Part shown: positions 1-8,576 of the stretch, one piece after another | Layout: each line of letters begins with the position of its first letter | Position numbering within the stretch: position 1 is the first letter of the stretch | NCBI GenBank assembly: GCA_034086705.1 | Contig: JAXDZV010000030.1 | Span: forward strand, 82,933-146,932 | Direction: 5' to 3' | DNA length: 64,000 nucleotides | Origin: Eubacteriales bacterium | GTDB lineage: Bacteria > Bacillota > Clostridia > Oscillospirales > CAG-272 | The notes under the pieces: model-generated | Database searches by the model: none | What the model saw: only the letters and a program-made list of their open reading frames with translations | Told to the model about the DNA's origin: nothing | Program-made: the position numbers and the translations under genes

Positions 1-524
1 CGAATATGCCGTGCAGCATACTCGCAAAATGCACGCAACCTGATCTGTTCCGCTCCCTTTGCAGCACGGCCAAACATCCAAACAAGCTCTTTTTCGTATG
101 GCTCGAGCTCTCCCACAATCGGCTGTGCCGGCAGTACCAGCACTGCTTCATTTTGCTCGATGCGAATACGCATAACCCCACGACGATCTAAATCCAACAG
201 CATCGCACTGATTGCTCCTCGTCTGGCATTTCTTTCTCCGAGCAAACCCGCCCCCTCAAAAAGTCTGGCAACCTCCCCGCTGCTCAAATCCGACGGGCGA
301 ACCGGAATTCTCTCCTCCAAACGCGGCGGTCGCCCGCTATGCAAAACATACCGACACCGCTCTGCCAAAATTCTCTCCGTTCGAAGTGCAGGCCGCGCAA
401 ACAGAATACCCATACTAAGCAATATTCCAATAATGACTGCTGCGGGAACTGACCACAAAGCGGTCAGAACAACAACTGCACACGATGCAACTGTCTCGCC
501 GATCAGTATCAGCCAATACAGCAT
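1..524 (-). CDS. hypothetical membrane protein (3' end cut by window edge)
   Basis: My own minus-strand translation from the ATG at 524 (GGGGGGAAGGA just upstream) stays open to position 1: MLYWLILIGETVASCAVVVLTALWSVPAAVIIGILLSMGILFARP..., i.e. two hydrophobic helices then a soluble part. It is absent from the ORF track because there is no stop inside the window. Confidence 0.5.
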   Translation of the reverse strand, partial: MLYWLILIGETVASCAVVVLTALWSVPAAVIIGILLSMGILFARPALRTERILAERCRYVLHSGRPPRLEERIPVRPSDLSSGEVARLFEGAGLLGERNARRGAISAMLLDLDRRGVMRIRIEQNEAVLVLPAQPIVGELEPYEKELVWMFGRAAKGAEQIRLRAFCEYAARHI

Positions 525-820
525 ATCCTTCCCCCCGCAATATTGTTTTTTATTTGGTTCAGCCGGAGCGAACCTTTCTAAAACAGAAACACTTCACACA
601 ATTTCTACAAACATGTGTAGTATAGCATACATAAAACCATTTTGCAAGTGCAGCATATCTGTATAGCAGATACACGTTTTCTCTCCGTTCACAAATTCTT
701 TCTGATTTTCGGTTGATTTTTCCGAAAAATGATGTTAGCATGAGCGCAAGTGTACGCAGGATTACGCAGAATATTTAGAGGGTACTTCTCATACAAACCC
801 TTTCAGAAAGGAATAATTCT

Positions 821-2632
821 ATGAATGAAGTCAAAAAGCCAAAAAAACCTTTGATCTTTTACTATTGCATCGCTTTGGCGGTAATTCTTGCATTGAATCT
901 GCTCGTAGTACCCGCATTGCAGCAATTACGCATCAGAGAAGTTGATTACGGCACCTTTATGTCAATGACGGAAAACGGGGAAATCAGTGAAGTGCAAGTG
1001 GAAAGCAACCGCATTCTTTTTACGGACAAAGACGGAAAAATTATTTATAAAACTGGGCTGATGGACGATCCGAACCTCACGCAGCGTCTGTACGATTCCG
1101 GGGCAAAGTTCTCCAGCGAAATTGTGGAACAGATGTCTCCCATTCTCTCTTTTTTGCTTAGTTGGGTTGTGCCTATTCTGATCTTTTTTCTGCTGGGGCA
1201 GTTCCTTTCCAAAAAACTGATGCGGCGTGCCGGCGGCGACAACTCCATGATGTTTAATCTGGGTAAAAGCAATGCTAAAGTCTATGTGAAATCTTCCGAC
1301 GGAATCAAATTTGACGATGTGGCCGGAGAAGACGAAGCGAAAGAAAATCTGGCGGAAATTGTCAGCTATCTGCATAATCCGAAAAAATATGAAAGTATCG
1401 GTGCTTCCATGCCAAAAGGTGTTTTACTCGTCGGCCCTCCCGGCACCGGTAAAACCATGCTTGCAAAAGCAGTAGCAGGTGAAGCAGATGTTCCCTTCTT
1501 TTCCATGTCCGGTTCCGAATTCGTTGAAATGTTTGTCGGCATGGGCGCTTCTAAGGTTCGAGATTTATTCAAACAGGCAAAAGAAAAAGCCCCCTGTATC
1601 GTATTCATCGATGAAATTGACGCCATCGGGCAAAAGCGTGACGGACGTTTAGGCGGCAACGATGAACGCGAACAAACCCTGAATCAACTTTTAACAGAAA
1701 TGGACGGTTTCGGCGGTAATACCGGTGTTATCATTCTGGCTGCTACAAATCGCCCGGAATCTTTAGACCCTGCACTGACACGTCCCGGTCGCTTTGACCG
1801 ACGCGTCCCCGTGGATTTGCCCGATCTCAAAGGCAGAGAAGCCATTTTACGCGTGCACGCAAAAAAAATCAAGCTGGAAAAAAATATTGATTTTGAGCGA
1901 ATCGCGAGAATGGCATCCGGTGCATCCGGTGCAGAACTTGCCAACATTATCAACGAAGCAGCGCTGCGCGCTGTACGCGATGGCAGATCCGAAGCTACAC
2001 AAGCTGATCTTGAAGAAAGCATTGAGGTCGTCATCGCAGGATATCAAAAGAAAAATGCTATCCTGACAGATCGTGAAAAGATGATTGTCGCCTATCACGA
2101 AATCGGTCACGCGCTGGTCGCAGCGAAACAAACCAGCTCTGCACCGGTGCAAAAAATCACAATTATTCCACGCACTTCCGGGGCACTTGGATACACATTG
2201 CAGGTTGAGGAAGGAAACCACTATCTTATGAGCCATGAAGAGCTGGTCAATAAAATTGCAACGCTGACAGCGGGCCGAGCAGCGGAGGAACTTGCGTGCA
2301 AAACGGTAACAACCGGTGCCTCCAATGATATTGAGCAGGCGACCAAACTCGCTCGTGCAATGATCACCCGGTACGGTATGAGTGAAAGCTTTGGTATGGT
2401 TGCTTTGGAAACCGTAACCAATCAGTATCTCGGCGCAGATACTTCCCTTGCCTGCTCCGCTAAAACGCAGGATGAAATCGATACACAAGTCATTGCGCTC
2501 ATCAAACAGCAGCATGAAAAAGCAACTGAAATTCTAACACAGAATCGGCAAAAACTGGACCTCTTGGCACAACACTTGTATGAAAAAGAAACCATCACAG
2601 GAGAAGAATTCATGCAAATTCTCCTTTCGTAA
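821..2632 (+). CDS. ftsH: ATP-dependent zinc metalloprotease FtsH
   Basis: 603 aa with an N-terminal TM region, Walker A GPPGTGKT, an AAA module and the zinc motif [19 protein letters not shown] lies upstream of the ATG. Confidence 0.95.
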   Translation: MNEVKKPKKPLIFYYCIALAVILALNLLVVPALQQLRIREVDYGTFMSMTENGEISEVQVESNRILFTDKDGKIIYKTGLMDDPNLTQRLYDSGAKFSSEIVEQMSPILSFLLSWVVPILIFFLLGQFLSKKLMRRAGGDNSMMFNLGKSNAKVYVKSSDGIKFDDVAGEDEAKENLAEIVSYLHNPKKYESIGASMPKGVLLVGPPGTGKTMLAKAVAGEADVPFFSMSGSEFVEMFVGMGASKVRDLFKQAKEKAPCIVFIDEIDAIGQKRDGRLGGNDEREQTLNQLLTEMDGFGGNTGVIILAATNRPESLDPALTRPGRFDRRVPVDLPDLKGREAILRVHAKKIKLEKNIDFERIARMASGASGAELANIINEAALRAVRDGRSEATQADLEESIEVVIAGYQKKNAILTDREKMIVAYHEIGHALVAAKQTSSAPVQKITIIPRTSGALGYTLQVEEGNHYLMSHEELVNKIATLTAGRAAEELACKTVTTGASNDIEQATKLARAMITRYGMSESFGMVALETVTNQYLGADTSLACSAKTQDEIDTQVIALIKQQHEKATEILTQNRQKLDLLAQHLYEKETITGEEFMQILLS

Positions 2633-2710
2633 GTTCCAGATACTCTTTTCTGCGTTTGTTCTCCGCGCGAATCCGAAGAATCCGCAAACGACATACTCAA
2701 CAAATTCCCT

Positions 2711-2775
2711 AAGGCGGCTTGCTTACCGTCCAAGCGGTTGCATTTGCCCATAGCAGTGCAGCCGCCTTTTTGTTT
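2711..2775 (+). terminator. putative intrinsic terminator after ftsH
   Basis: AAGGCGGCT (2711-2719) pairs with AGCCGCCTT (2760-2768) and is followed by TTTTTGTTTTGTTT. The loop is large (about 40 nt), so this is tentative. Confidence 0.35.
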
Positions 2776-3261
2776 TGTTTCTTTCCTTTTCAGCAGCCGA
2801 TATTTTTCCCCTTTGTAAATTGATTTACATTGATTGCAGCCAAACTACTTACCCCCCTTCTTGTGCTTGCAGACTCAATTTGCGATACGTGGAAGAACAG
2901 CCCGCCCGTCTGCAAAACGTATCCGTTATAAAATCGTGCCTTGAAATTATTTATCTCCCCTGCGGTCAGACGGAGCACGTGGGAAACATGTTCTGTGTTA
3001 CAAATCAATGGTATCACATAGTCACAACCCAGATGTATACAACAGACATTTCCGATGCTGCTCCATACCGATACTTTATGATCTCGGATGCGGCATAATA
3101 TAGACCACAAAAAGCCGGAATATGATAAAGTGACAGGCACTATAAAACATTGTTCCCCAAGCAACGAAAACCGCATTTTGCATATTGCTACATCAATTCT
3201 TTGCTTGGGTCACATAGCCATGTGATACATGCAAAATTTTTACCGTTTTTTCAAAAAAATC

Positions 3262-3290
3262 TTGACAGGAGCAAGTCAGCGTGCTAAAAT
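3262..3290 (+). promoter_or_regulatory. sigma-70-type promoter of T-box unit 1
   Basis: TTGACA at 3262-3267, a 17-nt spacer, then TAAAAT at 3285-3290. Confidence 0.6.
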
Positions 3291-3297
3291 GTAGAAA

Positions 3298-3564
3298 ATC
3301 GAACAAATAATAACGGCAATGACGAAGACGGTCGAAGCGTTTTGTTTGCAGAGAGTCGGCGGTAGGTGCAAGCCGATAGCGATCCCTTCACAGACCCATC
3401 CCTTCCGAGCCGGGAGGCTGAAGTACATACAGTAGGCTCTCTCCGTGAGGCTGCGTTAAAGCACAGGGCTTGTTAGAGCTCGATGAGCGGCGTTTTTTTA
3501 CGCAATTTTGAGTGGTACCGCGGGTTACACCCGTCTCAAAGAATTTTGAGACGGGTGTTTTTTA
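3298..3564 (+). promoter_or_regulatory. T-box leader 1 (tentative specifier AUC, Ile) with terminator
   Basis: Stem I elements: GA/K-turn TGACGAAG...CTTCCGAGCC, AG bulge AGAGAG and distal loop GGTAGGTGCAA. The T-box sequence TTGAGTGGTACCGCGGG lies at about 3508-3524. The terminator ACACCCGTCTCAAA/TTTGAGACGGGTGT plus a T-run lies at 3527-3564. The triplet just 5' of the basal CUUC helix is AUC (3398-3400). Confidence 0.85.
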
Positions 3565-3598
3565 TTTGTCCGACACAAAAAGAAGGAGATTCAGCAAA

Positions 3599-5875
3599 AT
3601 GAAGCAAGATGCATGGCAGCAGCAGGAAATTGCAAAGCGGATCAAAGAGATGCGCGAGGTAGCCGGCCTCTCCGTAGAAGCAGCAGCACAGGCATGTGAT
3701 ATGGCACCACTCGAGTATCTTGCCTATGAAAGCGGACAGACAGATTTTCCGTTTTCTTTTCTGCACAAATGTGCACACATGTTTGACATTTCCATCACAG
3801 ACCTTTTGCAGGGAGACAGCCCGCGTTTGTCATCCTACACCGTCACACGGAAAAACTGTGGGCAGTTAACCGCGCATGAAGATGGCATCACGATCAGTAA
3901 TCTGGCACCAAAATTTCGTGACAAGCTTGCAGAACCATACTGGGTTCGTTACGAATACCGGGAAGAAATGCAACATCGTCCGATTGAACTGGATACACAC
4001 TCCGGGCAGGAATTTGATTTGGTTTTGCATGGTTCGCTGCGTGTTTGTGTCGGTGGGCATGAAGAAATTTTGCAAGAAGGTGACAGCATCTTCTACAATT
4101 CTTCCACGCCGCACGGCATGATCGCAATCGGTGGAGAAGACTGTCTTTTCCTTGCTGTGGTACTACCGGGCGAAAAAACAGAAGAACCCATCGTTCGCCA
4201 GAGCGTAGTGTCTGCTGCACGTACGGAGGAACTGACAATCGGCCGTTTTGTCAGCTGCACAGAAGACGAAAACGGTACCCTCACAAAACTTACTTTTCAA
4301 AATGAAAATCGCTTTAACTTTGCCTTTGACATTGTCGACGCTATCGCAGACAAAACACCAGATAAACTTGCGTTGCTGCATCTGGACCGTGAAAAGCGAG
4401 AACAACATTTTAGCTTTTCCGATATGAAAAAGCGCTCTGCGCAAGCGGCAAACTATTTTAAATCTTTGGGGATTCGACCAGGAGACCGGGTCATGCTTGT
4501 GCTGCGACGGCAAGCACAGTTTTGGCCGGTCATTCTCGGATTACATAAGCTTGGCGCAGTCGCTATCCCAGCAACAGACCAGCTATTGGAAAAAGATTAT
4601 GCCTACCGCTTTGCCGCCGGAGAAATCGGTGCAATTGTATGTACAGCATTCGGTCATGCAGCTGCAGAAGTTGACAAAGCGCAAGATGCAACAGGGCACT
4701 CCCTTCAGAAAATATTAGTTGGGGAAGGAACTGACAGCGCCGTGCGCGCCGGCTGGCACGATTTCAACACAGAATCCATTTTGTTCAGCACGCATTACGC
4801 ACGTACCGAACAAACCCCCTGTGGCGATGCCCCAATGCTGATGTTTTTCACATCCGGCACCACCGGTTATCCGAAAATTGCCCAACATTCTTACAAATAT
4901 GCGCTGGGACACTATGTAACTGCAAAATACTGGCACGGTATCCGTCCAGGCGGTTTACACCTGACGGTCTCCGATACCGGATGGGGAAAAGCACTTTGGG
5001 GCAAGCTGTATGGGCAATGGATGTGTGAAGCAGCGGTCTTCGCGTATGACTTTGACCGTTTTTCTGCCGAAGAACTACTTCCGATGTTTGCAAAATACCA
5101 CATCACTACCTTCTGTGCTCCCCCCACCATCCTGCGGATGATGATTCGCGACAATTTAAAAGATTACGATTTTTCTTCTGTGCAGCGTGCAACCGTTGCC
5201 GGGGAAGCGCTGAATCCGGAAGTATTTCGTATTTTTCTGGAACAAACCGGGCTTTCTCTGGCGGAGGGGTTCGGGCAAACGGAAACAACATTGACAGTAG
5301 CCAATCTGGTTGGGCAACCCTGCAAAATCGGCTCTATGGGACGCCCCGTTCCCGGCTGGAGCCTTGCATTATTGGACTCGGATGGCAAGCCGGTTGCTGT
5401 TGGTGAAACAGGAGAAATCGTTGTAGATGTTTCAAACAGCCGTCCCTGCGGCCTGTTTTTAGGGTATTACAACGATTCGGAAGCAACAGAACGTGTCTGT
5501 CACGACGGATTCTATCACACGGGGGATCTTGCATGGCAAGATGAAGACGGCAATTTGTTTTATGTTGGACGCGCTGACGATGTGATTAAATCTTCAGGGT
5601 ACCGCATCGGGCCATTTGAAATTGAGAGCGTAATCATGGAATTACCTTATGTTTTAGAATGCGGTGTAACTGCAGCCCCCGACCCGCTGCGTGGGCAAGT
5701 TGTTAAGGCATGTGTGGTGTTAACTGCAGGCAGACAGCCATCGGAAGAATTGAAAAAGGAAATTCAAAACTACGTCAAGGCACGCACCGCTCCCTATAAA
5801 TATCCCCGGATTGTGGAATTTCGTTCAGAACTGCCAAAAACGATCAGCGGAAAAATCAAGCGAAATGTGCTATAA
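3599..5875 (+). CDS. XRE-HTH + cupin domain fused to AMP-forming (medium/short-chain type) acyl-CoA synthetase, paralog 1
   Basis: Start moved to the ATG at 3599 (RBS AAGGAGA), because the ORF-track start at 3512 lies inside the T-box terminator. The N-terminus has an HTH (IAKRIKEMREVAGLSVEAAAQAC...) and a cupin (HSGQEFDLVLHGSL...GDSIFYNSSTPHGM). The C-terminal ANL enzyme has FTSGTTGYPK, GFGQTETT, YHTGD and a terminal SGKIKR. Confidence 0.9.
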   Translation: MKQDAWQQQEIAKRIKEMREVAGLSVEAAAQACDMAPLEYLAYESGQTDFPFSFLHKCAHMFDISITDLLQGDSPRLSSYTVTRKNCGQLTAHEDGITISNLAPKFRDKLAEPYWVRYEYREEMQHRPIELDTHSGQEFDLVLHGSLRVCVGGHEEILQEGDSIFYNSSTPHGMIAIGGEDCLFLAVVLPGEKTEEPIVRQSVVSAARTEELTIGRFVSCTEDENGTLTKLTFQNENRFNFAFDIVDAIADKTPDKLALLHLDREKREQHFSFSDMKKRSAQAANYFKSLGIRPGDRVMLVLRRQAQFWPVILGLHKLGAVAIPATDQLLEKDYAYRFAAGEIGAIVCTAFGHAAAEVDKAQDATGHSLQKILVGEGTDSAVRAGWHDFNTESILFSTHYARTEQTPCGDAPMLMFFTSGTTGYPKIAQHSYKYALGHYVTAKYWHGIRPGGLHLTVSDTGWGKALWGKLYGQWMCEAAVFAYDFDRFSAEELLPMFAKYHITTFCAPPTILRMMIRDNLKDYDFSSVQRATVAGEALNPEVFRIFLEQTGLSLAEGFGQTETTLTVANLVGQPCKIGSMGRPVPGWSLALLDSDGKPVAVGETGEIVVDVSNSRPCGLFLGYYNDSEATERVCHDGFYHTGDLAWQDEDGNLFYVGRADDVIKSSGYRIGPFEIESVIMELPYVLECGVTAAPDPLRGQVVKACVVLTAGRQPSEELKKEIQNYVKARTAPYKYPRIVEFRSELPKTISGKIKRNVL

Positions 5876-5931
5876 GATGACGCTGTTGCCTGCGAAGATT
5901 TCTCCATTTTCTCTAAAAAGTAATTTTCCAG

Positions 5932-5960
5932 TTGACAATTTAAAATCTATGTGATATACT
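5932..5960 (+). promoter_or_regulatory. sigma-70-type promoter of T-box unit 2
   Basis: TTGACA at 5932-5937, a 17-nt spacer, then TATACT at 5955-5960. Confidence 0.6.
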
Positions 5961-5966
5961 CTTTGA

Positions 5967-6258
5967 AAACTACCATAAAGGCGTTGAAGGAGAGGGCGTT
6001 TGTCTTTTCACCCCTAACAGAGAGATGGCGGTTGGTGCGAGTCATCACGGCGGTGGCGGTAAATGCTGTAGCTTCTGAGCCGGGAGAAAGAAAGCGTTTT
6101 GCGCCGTAGAATCTCCCCGTGCAGGCCACGTAAGTTGCCAAGGGCTTGTTTGAGCCCGCTAAGAGGCGTCCACAAGGCGCAATTTGAGTGGTACCGCGGG
6201 TAATCGGATGTTCGATGCTCGTCTCAAAGAGAAATCTTTGGGGCGGGCTTTGTTTTTT
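5967..6258 (+). promoter_or_regulatory. T-box leader 2 (tentative specifier GUA, Val) with terminator
   Basis: Alignable with leader 1: GAAG...AGAGAG...GGTTGGTGCGA...GUAG-CUUC-UGAGCCGGGAG. The T-box sequence TTGAGTGGTACCGCGGG lies at about 6184-6200. A 14-bp G-U-containing terminator stem (6217-6230 with 6235-6248) is followed by TTTGTTTTTT. Confidence 0.85.
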
Positions 6259-6281
6259 GCCCCGGATAGAATAAGGGAGAG

Positions 6282-8576
6282 ATGGATATGTCAACAAAAA
6301 AACTCGATCAGCAAATCATGGAAATGGCGCACCGTATTCGCGAACTGCGTCAAATTGTCGGTTTATCGACAGAGCAGATGGCAAAATTTGCAGATATTTC
6401 ACACACGGAATACCTTGCATGTGAATCCGGCACACACGATTTGACATTTGCGTTTTTGTATCGTTGTGCACAGGCACTTGGCGTTGATGTCACGGATTTA
6501 ATCGAAGGAGCTAGCCCTCGCCTGCGTTCTTATACGGTCACACGCAGCGGAAAAGGGCAAAAAATCGAACAGGCACACGGTATGACATACTACAATCTTG
6601 CCGCCGCATTTCAGAACCGTATTGCGGAGCCTTTATACGTTGTTACGCAGTACAGTGAACAAGCACTTACAAAGCCAATTGCCCTGACAACGCACGAAGG
6701 GCAGGAATGCGATATTGTTCTGCGCGGACAACTGAAAGTGCAAATCGGTTCTCATACCGAAATTCTCGGTGAGGGAGACAGCGTGTACTATGACAGCAGC
6801 ACACCACACGGTATGGTTGCTCTGGGAGGACAAGATTGTCTTTTCTATGCAATCGTGCTCAATCCGCAGCCTGATGAATCCCCTGCACAGGTGTCAACTT
6901 CGAGCACGACTGCCCCGGCAATGCAACCAACACCTTTGCCACAACAGCAACAGGTTTGGCAAAAACACATCTGTGTCACCGAAGATACACACGGTACATT
7001 GACCTCCATTTCTTTTCCAAATGCCGACACATTTAACTTTGCTTTCGATATTGTAGACCGTTTGGGCACAGAAAAGCCTGACAAACTGGCAATGTTGCAC
7101 ATTGGTAAAGATCTTACAGAACGCCGGTTTACCTTTGCCGATATCAAACGAGCATCTGCGCAAACTGCAAACTATTTCCGATCCCTTGGCATTCAGCGCG
7201 GGGATCGTGTACTGCTGATTTTGAAACGGCACTATCAGTTTTGGTTTTCTGTGCTCGCTTTGCATAAACTTGGCGCTATTGCAATTCCCGCAACCAATCA
7301 ACTCAAGGAGCATGACATCACATACCGCCTGGAAAAAGCCGGCATCAGCGCCGTCATTTGTACGGCTGATGACGAAATCCCACAGCAAATGGAGCGTGCT
7401 GCAGCAGCGTATCCGTCTCTTTGCAAAATTCTGGTCGGTGCAAGCCGCGCAGGATGGCACAATTTTGACGCCGAATATCCTTTGTTCAGCGGGCGTTTTC
7501 CGCGACCTGCAGATGCTCCGTGCGGTGAAGACCCGATGCTGATGTATTTCACCTCCGGTACCACCGGCAATCCGAAAGTTGCTATGCATTGTTATAAATA
7601 TCCTTTAGGACATTTTGTGACGGCGCGCTATTGGCACAATGTCAATCCTGAGGGGCTACATTTGAGTATTGCCGATACCGGCTGGGCAAAAGCTGCATGG
7701 GGAAAGCTATATGGGCAATGGCTATGTGAGGCAGCCGTGTTTGTTTATGACTTTGACCGCTTTGACGCCTCGGTCATTTTGCCAATGTTTGCAAAGTACC
7801 ACATTACCACTTTTTGTGCCCCGCCAACGATTCTGCGTATGATGGTAAAACAAGACCTTTCCCGCTACGATCTGTCCAGTGTGCAGCATATGAGTACAGC
7901 AGGAGAAGCATTAAACCCGGAAGTCTTCCGACAATTTGAAGCTGCTACAGGGCTGCAAATTATGGAAGGCTTCGGACAGTCTGAAACCACAGTTGCACTT
8001 GCCAATCTCCGCGGTACAAAAATCCGGCCGGGGTCAATGGGCAAGCCGGTTGCGCTGTACGATATCGACCTTGTAGATGATGCCGGGAATTCTGTTCCCT
8101 GTGGCGAAGTAGGAGAAATTGTCATCCGAGTTGCAAACGGCGCGCCTTGTGGTTTGTTTCGCGGATATTACCGTGACCCGGAAAAAACCGCAGAATGCTG
8201 GCATGACGGATTGTACCACACAGGCGATACCGCATGGCGCGATGAAGAAGGATATTTCTGGTACGTCGGCAGAACAGATGATGTTATTAAATCCTCCGGC
8301 TATCGCATCGGTCCCTTCGAAATTGAAAACATCATCATGGAGCTTCCATACGTACTGGAATGCGGCGTAACCGCTGTGCCTGATGCACTGCGCGGACAAA
8401 TTGTGAAAGCCTGCATCGTATTAACAGCGGACCGCTCTCCCAGTGAAGCACTGGCAAAGGAAATACAAAATTATGTCAAGGCGCACACTGCGCCGTATAA
8501 ATATCCACGGCTGGTAGAATTCCGTTCGGAACTGCCGAAAACCGCCAGCGGAAAGATTATGAGAAATAAATTATGA
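6282..8576 (+). CDS. XRE-HTH + cupin domain fused to AMP-forming acyl-CoA synthetase, paralog 2
   Basis: Same architecture as 3599..5875, with long identical runs such as LPMFAKYHITTFCAPPTILRMM, DDVIKSSGYRIGPFEIE and ELPYVLECGVTA. A P/Q/S/T-rich linker separates the cupin from the enzyme. The start could be the ATG at 6288 rather than 6282, since RBS GGGAGAG abuts 6282. Confidence 0.9.
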   Translation: MDMSTKKLDQQIMEMAHRIRELRQIVGLSTEQMAKFADISHTEYLACESGTHDLTFAFLYRCAQALGVDVTDLIEGASPRLRSYTVTRSGKGQKIEQAHGMTYYNLAAAFQNRIAEPLYVVTQYSEQALTKPIALTTHEGQECDIVLRGQLKVQIGSHTEILGEGDSVYYDSSTPHGMVALGGQDCLFYAIVLNPQPDESPAQVSTSSTTAPAMQPTPLPQQQQVWQKHICVTEDTHGTLTSISFPNADTFNFAFDIVDRLGTEKPDKLAMLHIGKDLTERRFTFADIKRASAQTANYFRSLGIQRGDRVLLILKRHYQFWFSVLALHKLGAIAIPATNQLKEHDITYRLEKAGISAVICTADDEIPQQMERAAAAYPSLCKILVGASRAGWHNFDAEYPLFSGRFPRPADAPCGEDPMLMYFTSGTTGNPKVAMHCYKYPLGHFVTARYWHNVNPEGLHLSIADTGWAKAAWGKLYGQWLCEAAVFVYDFDRFDASVILPMFAKYHITTFCAPPTILRMMVKQDLSRYDLSSVQHMSTAGEALNPEVFRQFEAATGLQIMEGFGQSETTVALANLRGTKIRPGSMGKPVALYDIDLVDDAGNSVPCGEVGEIVIRVANGAPCGLFRGYYRDPEKTAECWHDGLYHTGDTAWRDEEGYFWYVGRTDDVIKSSGYRIGPFEIENIIMELPYVLECGVTAVPDALRGQIVKACIVLTADRSPSEALAKEIQNYVKAHTAPYKYPRLVEFRSELPKTASGKIMRNKL

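Noticed and set aside
160-666. Plus-strand ORFs at the left edge (6..191, 160..666, 212..418).
   Set aside because: They have low-complexity, Pro/Ser/Arg-rich translations and no RBS. The opposite strand carries a clean open frame with an SD and TM helices (1..524), so these are shadow ORFs.
1847-2515. Long antisense ORFs inside real genes. Examples: 1847..2515 (-), 6894..7589 (-), 13057..13749 (+), 21130..21855 (-), 37297..38049 (+), 53091..53813 (+), 58928..59896 (+), 61490..62095 (+), 9952..10395 (-), 10844..11347 (-).
   Set aside because: Each lies entirely within, and antisense to, a gene with strong family motifs. Their translations are Cys/Arg/His-rich with no recognisable domains, which is typical of shadow frames in moderately GC-rich DNA.
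2975-2992. GAGCACGTGGGAAACA, a parS-like half site.
   Set aside because: It has an extra G, lacks the left arm of TGTTNCACGTGAAACA, and is far from parAB. It is not a parS.
2775-3176. ORFs 2775..3098 (+) and 2790..3176 (-).
   Set aside because: They overlap each other and have no RBS, no motifs and an odd composition. I treat the region as non-coding or decayed and report it only as an observation.
3512-3598. N-terminal extension of the track ORF 3512..5875. Analogous extensions occur at 17954-18037 and, on the minus strand, 33240-33500.
   Set aside because: These segments coincide with the T-box conserved sequence and terminator hairpins. Each is followed by a good RBS plus ATG (3599, 18038, 33239). 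They are leader RNA, not coding.
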